Shown here piece after piece: positions 1-8,811 of a stretch of DNA of 64,000 nucleotides. A program made the translations under genes and the position numbers. The stretch lies in the NCBI GenBank assembly GCA_040005235.1, contig JBDTZG010000012.1, positions 1-64,000 on the forward strand. The letters run 5' to 3'. The notes below the pieces were generated by a model. It saw only the letters and a program-made list of their open reading frames with translations. It ran no database searches and was not told the DNA's origin. The first letter of the stretch is position 1, and the number at the start of each line of letters is the position of its first letter. The DNA comes from Acidobacteriota bacterium (GTDB lineage: Bacteria; Acidobacteriota; Thermoanaerobaculia; Multivoradales; UBA5704).

Positions 1-277
1 TCAGCTCGGCCTGGTCGTAGTCGAAATAGACGTCGCCGAGCAGGCCCTGGGCGCGCGCATATGCGGCCACCGATTCGAGATCGCCGGCGAACGGATCGGA
101 CTCCGCTACCGGCGTGGGTGCCACATCCGGCGGTTCCGATGCCTGCGGCGCGGGGGTGGCGGCGATCGTCGGCGCGATGTCGGGCGGGGTGACCGGCGCC
201 ATCTTTTTACGGCAGCCGGCGGCTCCGCCGAGCAGGAGGGCGAAGCAAAGCAAAGAGGTCAATGCACGGTAAGACAT
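1..277 (-). CDS. pal: Peptidoglycan-associated lipoprotein (Pal/OmpA family), partial; runs off the window start
   Basis: Manual translation from the ATG at 277 gives MSYRALTSLLCFALLLGGAAGC (lipobox), a Pro/Ala linker, then GLLGDVYFDYDQAEL, the typical start of the Pal OmpA-like domain. Not in the ORF track. Confidence 0.85.
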   Translation of the reverse strand, partial: MSYRALTSLLCFALLLGGAAGCRKKMAPVTPPDIAPTIAATPAPQASEPPDVAPTPVAESDPFAGDLESVAAYARAQGLLGDVYFDYDQAEL

Positions 278-461
278 GGGTTTTCTCCCGAGTCGGAAGG
301 CTCGACTCTCTGAGTCCAGAGGCCCGGAGGCGGGCCTCGCAAGATGTCGCGGGACAGTATAGGGAGCAGCTTGAAGCTCTTGAATCGGCGGTTGGACCTA
401 TCTTTCTAGATCTTTCGGTCGAGTGCTTCGGCACGGTCAAGGACGTATCATCGGCCACCCC

Positions 462-2171
462 ATGGAGCCGCTCTATTCACCCCACAACCGCGCCGAACGG
501 CTGATCGCCGCGGGCCGCGTTACGCTCGCCACTTCGTCGCTGTTCGCAGTCTGGTTAGACCCTTCCGAGCCGGCCAACTACGCCGCGGTCGCTTACGCGC
601 TGCTCGCCCTCTACGTCGTCTACGCGGTCGCGATCGCCGCCCTGGTCTGGCGCTCGGACGCTCCCGCCGGCCGCCAGCGGCTGATCACCCACGCCTTCGA
701 TTTCGTCTTCTTTTCGCTCTTCGTCTACTTCACCGCCGGCCCGGCAAGCCCGTTCACCACCTATTTCGTCTTCTCGATGATCTGCGCCACCCTGCGCTGG
801 CAGTGGCGCGGCGCACTGTGGACCGCGGTGGCTTCCCTCGGCACGTTCCTCGCGCTCGGCCTCTATTTCGCGGAGGGGCTGCGCGATCCGGCGTTTGCCC
901 CTACGCCGTTCATCGTCCGCGGCGTCTATCTGGTGGTGGTCGCGGTCCTGCTCGGCTACCTGGGGGTTCACGAGCAGCGCACCCGGCGCGAGATGGCCGC
1001 GCTCGCGGCTTGGCCGCACAGCGCGCCGCTCGCTCTGGAAGCGACGCTCGGCGACCTGCTCACCCACACCGCGCAGACCTTCGAGGCGCCGCGCGCGGCG
1101 CTCGCCTGGTTCGAGCCCGACGAGCCCTGGCTCTACCTCGCGACGTGGCACGACGGCCGACTCACCCTCGACCGTGAGGCGCCCACGAGCTTCGAGCCGC
1201 TGGTGCCGGAACCGCTTGCGCAGGCGAGTTTTCTCTGCTCGGACGTGGCCGCCGACGCGCCCGTGGCACTCGCGCGAACGGCCGAGGGGTTCAAGCGCTG
1301 CCGCGAACGGCCGCTCCATCCGGACTTGGCGGATCGGCTCCACGCCCGCTCGGTCCTGTCGCTCCGGCTGCGCGGCGAGACGTTCGAAGGGCGCCTGTTC
1401 GTACTCGACAAGGCGGCGATGACGTCGGACGACCTGCTGCTCGGCGAGGTGGTCGGCGAGCGCGTCGGGGCGCGGCTCGACCTCTTCTATCTGACCCAAC
1501 GCCTGCGCGAAACCGCCGCCACCGAAGAGCGCATCCGCCTCGCGCGCGACCTGCACGACGGCGTGCTCCAATCGCTCACCGGCATCGGCCTGCGGCTGGA
1601 GGCGCTGCGCCGACAGATCGCCGTCCGTGGCAGCGATCTCCCGGGCGAGGAAGGGGGACTCGCCGACCTTCAGCGCCTGGTCGCCCTGGAGCAGCGCGAC
1701 CTGCGTTTCTTCATCCGCGAGCTGACCCCGGAAGAGACCTCGGACGACGATGCCGGATTCGATCTCGCGACCCGGCTCGCCGATCTGCGCCAACGGCTGC
1801 AGATCGAATGGGGCGTCGATGCCGAGTTGCACGCCGAAGGGCTCGACCGGCCGCTACCCGCGGTCCTCGCGCGCGAGATCTACCACCTAGTACGCGAAGC
1901 GCTGGTGAACGCCTTGCGCCACGGCCAGGCCTCCTCGGTGCGCCTGGAGATCGATGCCGGCGCGGGCCGGTCGGTGGCGTTGAGCGTCGCCGACAACGGC
2001 CGCGGTTTTCCGTTCGCCGGACGCTTTTCCGGGCCGGAGCTGGCGGCCCAAAACCTCGGCCCCCGGTCCCTTCGCGAGCGGGTTGCCGCTCTGCACGGAA
2101 CGCTCCTGCTCGTTTCCAACGATGCGGGCAGCCGCCTCGACATCCGGCTGCCGATCGCGGAGGCCGCATGA
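462..2171 (+). CDS. Membrane sensor histidine kinase, HisKA_3 (NarX/UhpB type)
   Basis: N-terminal TM helices; H-box ERIRLARDLHDGVLQSL; N-box EALVNALRHG; DNGRGF. ATG at 462 preferred over the upstream start at 423. Confidence 0.9.
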   Translation: MEPLYSPHNRAERLIAAGRVTLATSSLFAVWLDPSEPANYAAVAYALLALYVVYAVAIAALVWRSDAPAGRQRLITHAFDFVFFSLFVYFTAGPASPFTTYFVFSMICATLRWQWRGALWTAVASLGTFLALGLYFAEGLRDPAFAPTPFIVRGVYLVVVAVLLGYLGVHEQRTRREMAALAAWPHSAPLALEATLGDLLTHTAQTFEAPRAALAWFEPDEPWLYLATWHDGRLTLDREAPTSFEPLVPEPLAQASFLCSDVAADAPVALARTAEGFKRCRERPLHPDLADRLHARSVLSLRLRGETFEGRLFVLDKAAMTSDDLLLGEVVGERVGARLDLFYLTQRLRETAATEERIRLARDLHDGVLQSLTGIGLRLEALRRQIAVRGSDLPGEEGGLADLQRLVALEQRDLRFFIRELTPEETSDDDAGFDLATRLADLRQRLQIEWGVDAELHAEGLDRPLPAVLAREIYHLVREALVNALRHGQASSVRLEIDAGAGRSVALSVADNGRGFPFAGRFSGPELAAQNLGPRSLRERVAALHGTLLLVSNDAGSRLDIRLPIAEAA

Positions 2172-2809
2172 GCCCGCCGATCCGGCTCGCGCTTGCCGAC
2201 GATCACCCGATCGTGCTCGACGGGCTCGCCCAACTGTTCCGCCTGGAAGAGGACTTCGAGGTCGTCGCCCGCTGCCGCGACGGCGAAGAAACCTTGCGCC
2301 TGCTGCGCGAGCGTCCGGTCGATGTCCTGGTGCTCGATTTGAAGATGCCCGGCACCGACGGGCTGGCGGTCCTCGCCGCGATCCGTGAGGAGAAGCTCGC
2401 CGGGAAGGTGCTGGTGCTTACCGCCGCGATCGACGACGACCAGCTCGCCCGCGCCCTCCACCTCGGCGTCTCCGGCGTAGTGCTCAAGGAGGTGGCGCCG
2501 CAGATCCTGGTCCAAGCCGTGCGCACGGTGCATGCGGGCGGGCTCTGGCTCGACGAGAGTTTCGGCCGCACGCTCGACCGTCTGGTCCACCGCGGCGCCG
2601 CGGCCCGCGAAGCCGCTAAGGTGCTCACCCGCCGCGAGCTGGAGATCGTGCGCATGGCGGAAAGCGGGCTGCGCAGCCGCACGATCGCCGAAAAGCTGAT
2701 CATCAGCGAGGCGACGGTGAAGATTCACCTGCACAACATCTATCAGAAGCTGAAGGTCAACGGCCGGCTGGAGCTGGCGGCGTACGCCCGGAGGAACGGT
2801 TTGCTGTAA
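2168..2809 (+). CDS. NarL/LuxR-family response regulator
   Basis: Receiver motifs LADDHP and VLDLKMP; LuxR HTH LTRRELEI...ISEATVKIHLHNIYQKL; ATGA overlap with the kinase. Confidence 0.93.
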   Translation: MSPPIRLALADDHPIVLDGLAQLFRLEEDFEVVARCRDGEETLRLLRERPVDVLVLDLKMPGTDGLAVLAAIREEKLAGKVLVLTAAIDDDQLARALHLGVSGVVLKEVAPQILVQAVRTVHAGGLWLDESFGRTLDRLVHRGAAAREAAKVLTRRELEIVRMAESGLRSRTIAEKLIISEATVKIHLHNIYQKLKVNGRLELAAYARRNGLL

Positions 2810-2823
2810 CGCCCCGGGCGTTT

Positions 2824-4560
2824 TCAGCGCTCCGCCCGCCGAAGGCGCCGCAAAAGGCGTCTGGCCTGGAGGCGCGAAAAGACGTAGGCGAGGGCGAAGC
2901 CTCCAGCGAGCGCCGCGAGCCAAAGATCGTATGGCGCCCCGCGGGCCGCGTGGTAGAGAAGGGCAGAAGCGGCGGCACCGAAGGCGCCGAGGGCGTAGAT
3001 CTTCTGGTGCCCCGCCGCATAGAGAAGAAGGACGCCTTCGGAGAACCCGCGGACTCCTACCTTAAGCTCGCCGCGGTTGGCTTTGGCGAGCAGGCCGCGC
3101 AGCTCCCCCGGCACGCTGAACAGGGAGGCGGCTAGCTCCTTGCCGAAAGTCTTCGCAAGCCCCACCCAATCGCGGTCCGGGCCGAGCAGCAGCTCCTCGA
3201 CGTAGGGGCGAACGATCGCAGCGGGCTTGAGATCCGGGGCAAGCTCGTTGGCGAGGCCCGTGAGCAGCAGCAGCGTACGCTGGAGCAAGATCCACTCGCG
3301 CGGCACCGTAAAGACCGAGGTGAGGTCGCGGAGCGAGATGTCGAGCTTGGACAGATCGGCCATCATCTCGGCTTTCATCCGAACGTCGGCCTGGACGTCT
3401 TCGAGCCGGAACGAATCGAAGTCGAGCCCGGCGAGCAGGCGGCCGTAGAGGTAGTCGATCGCTCGACCGGCGACGTCGTCCTCGGGATCGCGGCGCACGA
3501 AGCCCATCTGTTCGAGAGCGCCGACGATCTCGGGACGGTTCCGGCGCAGCACCGCGGCGAGCAGCCGGGAGACTCCGGCTTTCATTGCGGGCGACAGCCG
3601 CGCGACCGCGCCGAAATCGACCAGGCCGATCCGTCCGTCGGCCAGCACCAGAATGTTTCCGGGATGCGGATCGGCGTGGTAGAGACCGTCCTTGAAGACC
3701 ATCCGGCACCAGATGTCGAGGACGATTTCTGCGAGGGCTTTCGGATCGTGGCCGGCGGCGAGGAGGGCCTCGCGGTCGCTTATCTTTTCGCCGGCGAGGA
3801 ATTCGGTGGTGAGGACCCTCCGGGACGAGCGGGAGCGAAAGACCGGCGGGATCGCGACCCTCGCACGGTCGTCACCGTCGGCTGCGAAATTCGCCGCGAT
3901 CGATTCGAGCGAAGCCGCTTCTCGACCAAAGTCGAGCTCCTCCTCGATCGTCTCCCGCACCTGCTCGGCGAGGTCGACGAGGCCGCGGATGCGCAGGATG
4001 ATTTGGACCAGCCGGAGGATGCGCCCGAGCGCGCGGAGATCGCGGCGGGCGGTGGTCTCGATGTCCTGATGCTGAACCTTGACCGCGACCCGGATCGGTC
4101 CCCGCGGGCCGTCGGTGTAGGTGGCGACGTGGACCTGGGCGAGCGATGCGCTCGCGATCGGTACCGGATCGAAATCGGCGAACAGCTCGGCCGACCCTCG
4201 CCCGAGCTCCGCGCGGAGGCGCGCCTCGATCTCGGCCAACGGCCGCGCCGGAATGCGGTCTTGAAGCGCTTCGAGATCGGCGCGGAAGTCCGCGGGCAGG
4301 AAGTTGCTGAGAACGCTCACCAGCTGGCCGACTTTGATGAACAGCCCCTGGACTTCGAGGATCGTCGTCTTGATCCTCCGCGAGCTGCGCCGATGGCAGG
4401 CGGCGAGAAGCTCCGCCCGGCGCCGTTCCCCGCGCCAGCGGGCGAACCCGAGGACCCGACCGTAGTCGATGAGGACGCGGGCGACCGTCGCATAGACGCG
4501 AAGCAGGCGAAATCGTCGAGGGGGAGCGATTTCCTCGGTGGCGCGGGAGGGCTCGATCAT
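2824..4560 (-). CDS. ABC1/UbiB (AarF) atypical kinase family protein
   Basis: KVGQLVS, ASASLAQVH, VAVKVQ, HADPHPGN and DFG motifs; C-terminal TM helices. Start uncertain (4560 or 4587). Confidence 0.9.
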   Translation of the reverse strand: MIEPSRATEEIAPPRRFRLLRVYATVARVLIDYGRVLGFARWRGERRRAELLAACHRRSSRRIKTTILEVQGLFIKVGQLVSVLSNFLPADFRADLEALQDRIPARPLAEIEARLRAELGRGSAELFADFDPVPIASASLAQVHVATYTDGPRGPIRVAVKVQHQDIETTARRDLRALGRILRLVQIILRIRGLVDLAEQVRETIEEELDFGREAASLESIAANFAADGDDRARVAIPPVFRSRSSRRVLTTEFLAGEKISDREALLAAGHDPKALAEIVLDIWCRMVFKDGLYHADPHPGNILVLADGRIGLVDFGAVARLSPAMKAGVSRLLAAVLRRNRPEIVGALEQMGFVRRDPEDDVAGRAIDYLYGRLLAGLDFDSFRLEDVQADVRMKAEMMADLSKLDISLRDLTSVFTVPREWILLQRTLLLLTGLANELAPDLKPAAIVRPYVEELLLGPDRDWVGLAKTFGKELAASLFSVPGELRGLLAKANRGELKVGVRGFSEGVLLLYAAGHQKIYALGAFGAAASALLYHAARGAPYDLWLAALAGGFALAYVFSRLQARRLLRRLRRAER

Positions 4561-4646
4561 AGGCGTTCGTTCCTGGAAGGTACCCATGCTACGACGAAGA
4601 TCCCATTTGCATCGACTCCGGTCTCCAAAGTCGATAAGGTGGCGAA

Positions 4647-6122
4647 ATGACTTCCGGCCTGGCCGCTGCCGCCGCGGCGCATGCGTTTCCGACTCCGCTC
4701 GGCCAATATCCCCCACCCTCGGCCGACGGCCTGTTTGCGACTCTGTCCGAGCGGCTCCACGCCGACCCATGGAACGGCATCGCGGCGCTGATCTTCCTTC
4801 TGGCGATCGTCCACACGTTCGCGGCGGCCCGCTTTTCCGCCTACGCCCACACCCTTCAACACCGGCACGACGAGCGGGCTGGCTTGGCGAAGCACCCCCC
4901 CACTCCGAGCGTCGCAGCGGAGATCCTCCACTTCTTTGGTGAAGTCGAGGTGGTGTTCGGACTCTGGGCGCTCGTGCTGTTGGTTGCGTTGACGATCTAT
5001 GAAGGCTGGGACGTCGCCTCAAACTACTTGAACCACACGGTCAACTACACCGAGCCGCTGTTCGTGGTGGTGATCATGGCGCTCGCCTCGACCCGCCCGA
5101 TCATCGGCCTTGCCCGGGGTGCGCTCTCGCGCGTCGCGGCGCTCGGCAAAGGCACCCCTCTCGCATGGTGGTTCGCGATCCTCACGCTCGGGCCGCTACT
5201 CGGCTCGCTGATCACCGAACCGGCGGCGATGACCATCTGCGCCATCCTGCTCGCGCGGCAGTTTTATGACCTCTCGCCCAGCCCGCGGCTCAAGTACGCG
5301 ACGCTCGGGCTGCTGTTCGTCAACGTCTCGATCGGCGGCACGCTCACCCACTTCGCCGCGCCGCCGATCCTGATGGTCGCGCGCCCCTGGGGCTGGGATA
5401 CACCGTTCCTGCTCGCGCACTTCGGCGAACGGGCGGTGATCGGCGTCTTTTGCGCGACGCTCCTTTACTCCCTGATCTTCCGGAAAGAGCTGCGCGCGCT
5501 CGCCGCCCGTCCGGACGTACCCGACCTGGAGGTGCCCGAGCCGTCGAACGAACCCGCGGACTGCGAGGAACCGTCTCCCGGCGTCCTCCTGCCGGTGCCG
5601 CTGTGGATCACCGTGGTCCATGTCGCGTTCATGGCGTGGACGGTCTTAAACGCGCACTCCCCCGTGCTGTTTCTCGGCGGCTTCCTGTTCTTCCTCGGCT
5701 TCGTGCGCGCGACCTCGCACTACCAATCCGAAGTCGAGCTGCGCGGACCGTTGATGGTCGGTTTCTTTCTCGGCGGCCTGGTGATCCACGGCGGCCTTCA
5801 AGGATGGTGGATCGCTCCGGTGCTCGCGAGCCTCAAAGAGACTCCGCTCTTTTTCGGCGCGGCGTTCCTCACCGCATTCAACGACAACGCGCTGATCACC
5901 TATCTGGCAACTCTCGTCCCGAACCTACCCCGGGCGCTTGAGATCGCGGTGGTCCAAGGAGCGGTCACCGGCGGCGGCCTGACCGTGATCGCCAACGCCC
6001 CGAACCCCGCCGGCCAGGCGCTGCTCGGCCAGTTCTTCGAAGGCGGCATCTCGCCGCTCAAGCTCTTGCTTGCGGCGCTCCTGCCGACGCTCCTGGCGAC
6101 GCTCGCCTTCCGGTTGTTTTGA
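4647..6122 (+). CDS. Putative Na+/H+ antiporter (DUF1504-type, IT superfamily)
   Basis: Polytopic membrane protein with motifs ITEPAAMT, GGTLTHFAAPP, DNALITYL and NAPNPAG. Confidence 0.8.
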   Translation: MTSGLAAAAAAHAFPTPLGQYPPPSADGLFATLSERLHADPWNGIAALIFLLAIVHTFAAARFSAYAHTLQHRHDERAGLAKHPPTPSVAAEILHFFGEVEVVFGLWALVLLVALTIYEGWDVASNYLNHTVNYTEPLFVVVIMALASTRPIIGLARGALSRVAALGKGTPLAWWFAILTLGPLLGSLITEPAAMTICAILLARQFYDLSPSPRLKYATLGLLFVNVSIGGTLTHFAAPPILMVARPWGWDTPFLLAHFGERAVIGVFCATLLYSLIFRKELRALAARPDVPDLEVPEPSNEPADCEEPSPGVLLPVPLWITVVHVAFMAWTVLNAHSPVLFLGGFLFFLGFVRATSHYQSEVELRGPLMVGFFLGGLVIHGGLQGWWIAPVLASLKETPLFFGAAFLTAFNDNALITYLATLVPNLPRALEIAVVQGAVTGGGLTVIANAPNPAGQALLGQFFEGGISPLKLLLAALLPTLLATLAFRLF

Positions 6123-6132
6123 TCCGGAGGAG

Positions 6133-6558
6133 ATGTCAAGGTTGGCCGAATCGAATGCACCGCTCGACCTGGAGTCGTTTCTCGGCGAATACGTCGAGAG
6201 CTACGAAGAGCTCAAGGCGCTGATCTGCCTGGGGGGAGCTCCGGAGGGGTGGCGATCCGCCGCGGAGATCGCGAAGGACTGCAAGCTGGACGAGGACGGG
6301 AGTCTCGCCGCTCTTGAGCGCCTGGCCCGCGTGGGCCTTCTCGCGCGGCGGGGAGAGATCTCCGCGCCGGAATTTCGACTCCATGACGACTTTCGCACCC
6401 GGGGCGAGCTGTTCGACCGGCTCGCCTCGGAGTACCGCGACAACACGCTGCGACTGATCGAAATCATGACCAAGAACTCCATCGAACGCGTACGCGCTTC
6501 CGCCTTGCGGACCTTCGCCGACTGTTTCCGCATCCGAGGACCGCACGATGTTGGTTAA
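6133..6558 (+). CDS. Hypothetical protein, winged-helix-like
   Basis: GGAGG RBS before the ATG at 6133; SAAEIA...LERLARVGLL wHTH-like pattern; C-terminal ALRTFADCFRI; overlaps the next gene. Confidence 0.65.
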   Translation: MSRLAESNAPLDLESFLGEYVESYEELKALICLGGAPEGWRSAAEIAKDCKLDEDGSLAALERLARVGLLARRGEISAPEFRLHDDFRTRGELFDRLASEYRDNTLRLIEIMTKNSIERVRASALRTFADCFRIRGPHDVG

Positions 6559-6808
6559 GGTCGTCTACCTCCTCTGCGCGCTCGCGAGCGTGTTCTGCGC
6601 CTGGCTCCTGGTCCGCAACTACCGCCGGACCCGCATGCGGCTGGCGCTCTGGACCTGCCTCTGCTTCGTCGGCCTGGCGCTCAACAACCTCGTCCTCTTC
6701 GTCGACCTCGTGGTCGTCCCGAACATCAACTTCGGCCTCTGGCGCTCGATGATCGCTCTCACCGCGGTCTCCGTCCTACTGTTCGGTCTGATCTGGGAGG
6801 AGCGATGA
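6548..6808 (+). CDS. DUF5985-family small 3-TM membrane protein
   Basis: 86 aa; VYLLCALAS...LWTCLCFVGLALNN...LLFGLIWE pattern. Confidence 0.75.
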   Translation: MLVKVVYLLCALASVFCAWLLVRNYRRTRMRLALWTCLCFVGLALNNLVLFVDLVVVPNINFGLWRSMIALTAVSVLLFGLIWEER

Positions 6809-7068
6809 GCCAGATCCTCTCGGGCGCGTCGGCGGCGGTCTGCCTTTTCATCGGCATCTTCTTCCTCCGTTTCTGGCGTACCAGCCGCGACCGGCTGTTC
6901 CTGGTTTTCGCCGTAGCCTTCGGAGTCTTCAGCCTCCACTGGGCACTCCTCGGGCTCGCGGACGTCCCGAACGAGTCCCGGCATTATTTCTACCTGCTCC
7001 GCCTGCTCGCCTTTGTGCTGATCATCGGCGGCGTGATCGACAAGAACCGAAGACCCAATCCGCGCTAA
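6805..7068 (+). CDS. DUF5985-family small 3-TM membrane protein
   Basis: 87 aa; FFLRFWRTSRDRLF...YLLRLLAFVLII...DKNR pattern; ATGA overlap with the previous gene. Confidence 0.75.
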   Translation: MSQILSGASAAVCLFIGIFFLRFWRTSRDRLFLVFAVAFGVFSLHWALLGLADVPNESRHYFYLLRLLAFVLIIGGVIDKNRRPNPR

Positions 7069-7081
7069 GGAGCAACGCGTC

Positions 7082-8710
7082 ATGAGCGACGAGCCTGAGA
7101 AATCCGAGGAGCCGGCGCCCGATCTGGGCATCACTCCGCAGGACGTCTCGGGCGAGATCCGCGATTTCGTCAGCCGCCAGGAACGGCGGCGGCGCCTGGT
7201 TCCGCGCGCGGCGCTGGTCGGCCTGTGCGCCGGGCTGCTCGCGATCGCGTTTCGCCTGTCGATCGAGGGCGCCGAGCATCTCCGCGCGGCGCTCTACTCC
7301 GCCGCGCGGGCGCTGGGAGCTTGGGGCTATCCGCTGCCGCCGCTCGCCTGCGCTCTCGCCGCGGGACTCTCGCTGTACCTGGTCCGCCGCTTCGCGCCCG
7401 AGGCGGCCGGCAGCGGCATCCCTCATCTGAAAGCGGTGCTCCACCGCCTGCGCGGTTTGCGCTCGGCGCGGCTGGTGCCGATCAAGTTCGCGAGCGGTTT
7501 GCTGGCGATCGGCAGCGGGCTCGCGCTCGGGCGCGAGGGGCCGACGGTGCAGATGGGCGGCGCCTCCGGCCACCTGATCGGCGGCTGGCTGGGCGTCACG
7601 CCGCGCGAGCGCCAGGTGCTGATCGCGGCCGGCGCGGGCGCCGGGTTAGCCGCGGCGTTCAACGCACCGCTCGCGGGGGTGATCTTCGTACTCGAAGAGC
7701 TGCAAGGGGATTTCGCGCCGGGGGTGCTCACCTCGTCGTTCGTCGCCTCGCTCACCGCGGATCTCGTGTCGCGCCTGGCGCTCGGTCAGCTGCCGGTGTT
7801 CCATCTCGCGGCGGCCCCGGCGCCGCCGCTCGGCAGCCTGCCGGCGTTCCTCGCGCTCGGCGCTCTCGCGGGTCTTCTCGGCGTGCTGTTCAACCGTTCG
7901 CTGCTCGCGGGGCTGCGCGGCTTCGAGCGCCTCGCCGCCTGGCCCGTGGGCCTGCCGGCCGCGCTCGTGGGGCTGCTGATCGGAATCGTCGGCTGGTTTC
8001 TCCCCGGAGCGCTCGGCGGCGGTGTTTCGCTGCTCCAAGGCGCATTCGCCGGCCAGATCGCGATGGCGCCGCTGCTCGCCCTGCTCGCGCTGCGCTTCGG
8101 GATGACCATCCTCTCCTATGGCAGCGGCGTCGCAGGAGGGATCTTCGCCCCCTTGCTGGTGATCGGCGCGCTGCTCGGCCAAGCGGTGAGCTTGGCGGCC
8201 GGCCGCTGGGGCGCCTCGATCTCAAGCGCTCCGGGTTCCTCCTCGGCGTTTCCGGTGGTCGGCATGGCGGCCCTGTTCGCCGCGATCGTCCGCGCGCCGC
8301 TCACCGCGATCGTGCTGATCCTGGAGATGACCGCGAACTACTCGCTGATGCTGCCGCTGCTCGCCGCGACGTTCATCGCCTTCGGCCTGGCCGACCTGAT
8401 GGGCGACCGGCCGATCTATCAGGCGCTGCTCGAACGCGACACCCTGCGCGGCCAGGACGCGCCCGAGCTCGAAGGAACCCTCCTCTTCGAAAGGTCGATC
8501 CGGCCGGGCGCGCCGTTCGACGGCCGCCGCGTGGCCGATCTGCAGCTGCCCGCGGGCTGCCTGCTGATCACCGTCGAACGCGAAGGAAAAAGCGTGGTGC
8601 CCGATCGCGACACCGTTCTCAAAGCGGGCGACCGGATCACCGCGGTGGTGGCCCCCCGCGCGGCCGATGGCCACCGGCTGCTGGTCGAGGGAACCTCGCC
8701 GCACCCTTGA
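7082..8710 (+). CDS. clcA: ClC-family H+/Cl- exchange transporter with C-terminal TrkA-C (RCK_C) domain
   Basis: Canonical GSGIP, GREGP (gating Glu), GIFAP and PIY motifs; TrkA-C tail DLQLPAGCLLITVER...LKAGDRI. Confidence 0.92.
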   Translation: MSDEPEKSEEPAPDLGITPQDVSGEIRDFVSRQERRRRLVPRAALVGLCAGLLAIAFRLSIEGAEHLRAALYSAARALGAWGYPLPPLACALAAGLSLYLVRRFAPEAAGSGIPHLKAVLHRLRGLRSARLVPIKFASGLLAIGSGLALGREGPTVQMGGASGHLIGGWLGVTPRERQVLIAAGAGAGLAAAFNAPLAGVIFVLEELQGDFAPGVLTSSFVASLTADLVSRLALGQLPVFHLAAAPAPPLGSLPAFLALGALAGLLGVLFNRSLLAGLRGFERLAAWPVGLPAALVGLLIGIVGWFLPGALGGGVSLLQGAFAGQIAMAPLLALLALRFGMTILSYGSGVAGGIFAPLLVIGALLGQAVSLAAGRWGASISSAPGSSSAFPVVGMAALFAAIVRAPLTAIVLILEMTANYSLMLPLLAATFIAFGLADLMGDRPIYQALLERDTLRGQDAPELEGTLLFERSIRPGAPFDGRRVADLQLPAGCLLITVEREGKSVVPDRDTVLKAGDRITAVVAPRAADGHRLLVEGTSPHP

Positions 8711-8811
8711 GGACGCCTCCCGCGCTGGGACGAACTGCCGAAACCTGCCGACCAACTATCTCGTAAGAGAATTGGATTTGAAACCACCAGGAACGGCCGA
8801 GGAGAGGAACG

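Noticed and set aside
7082-8710. Fluoride-specific CLC-F exporter
   Set aside because: It has canonical GSGIP, GREGP and GIFAP motifs rather than GNNLI, GREGT and GEVTP.
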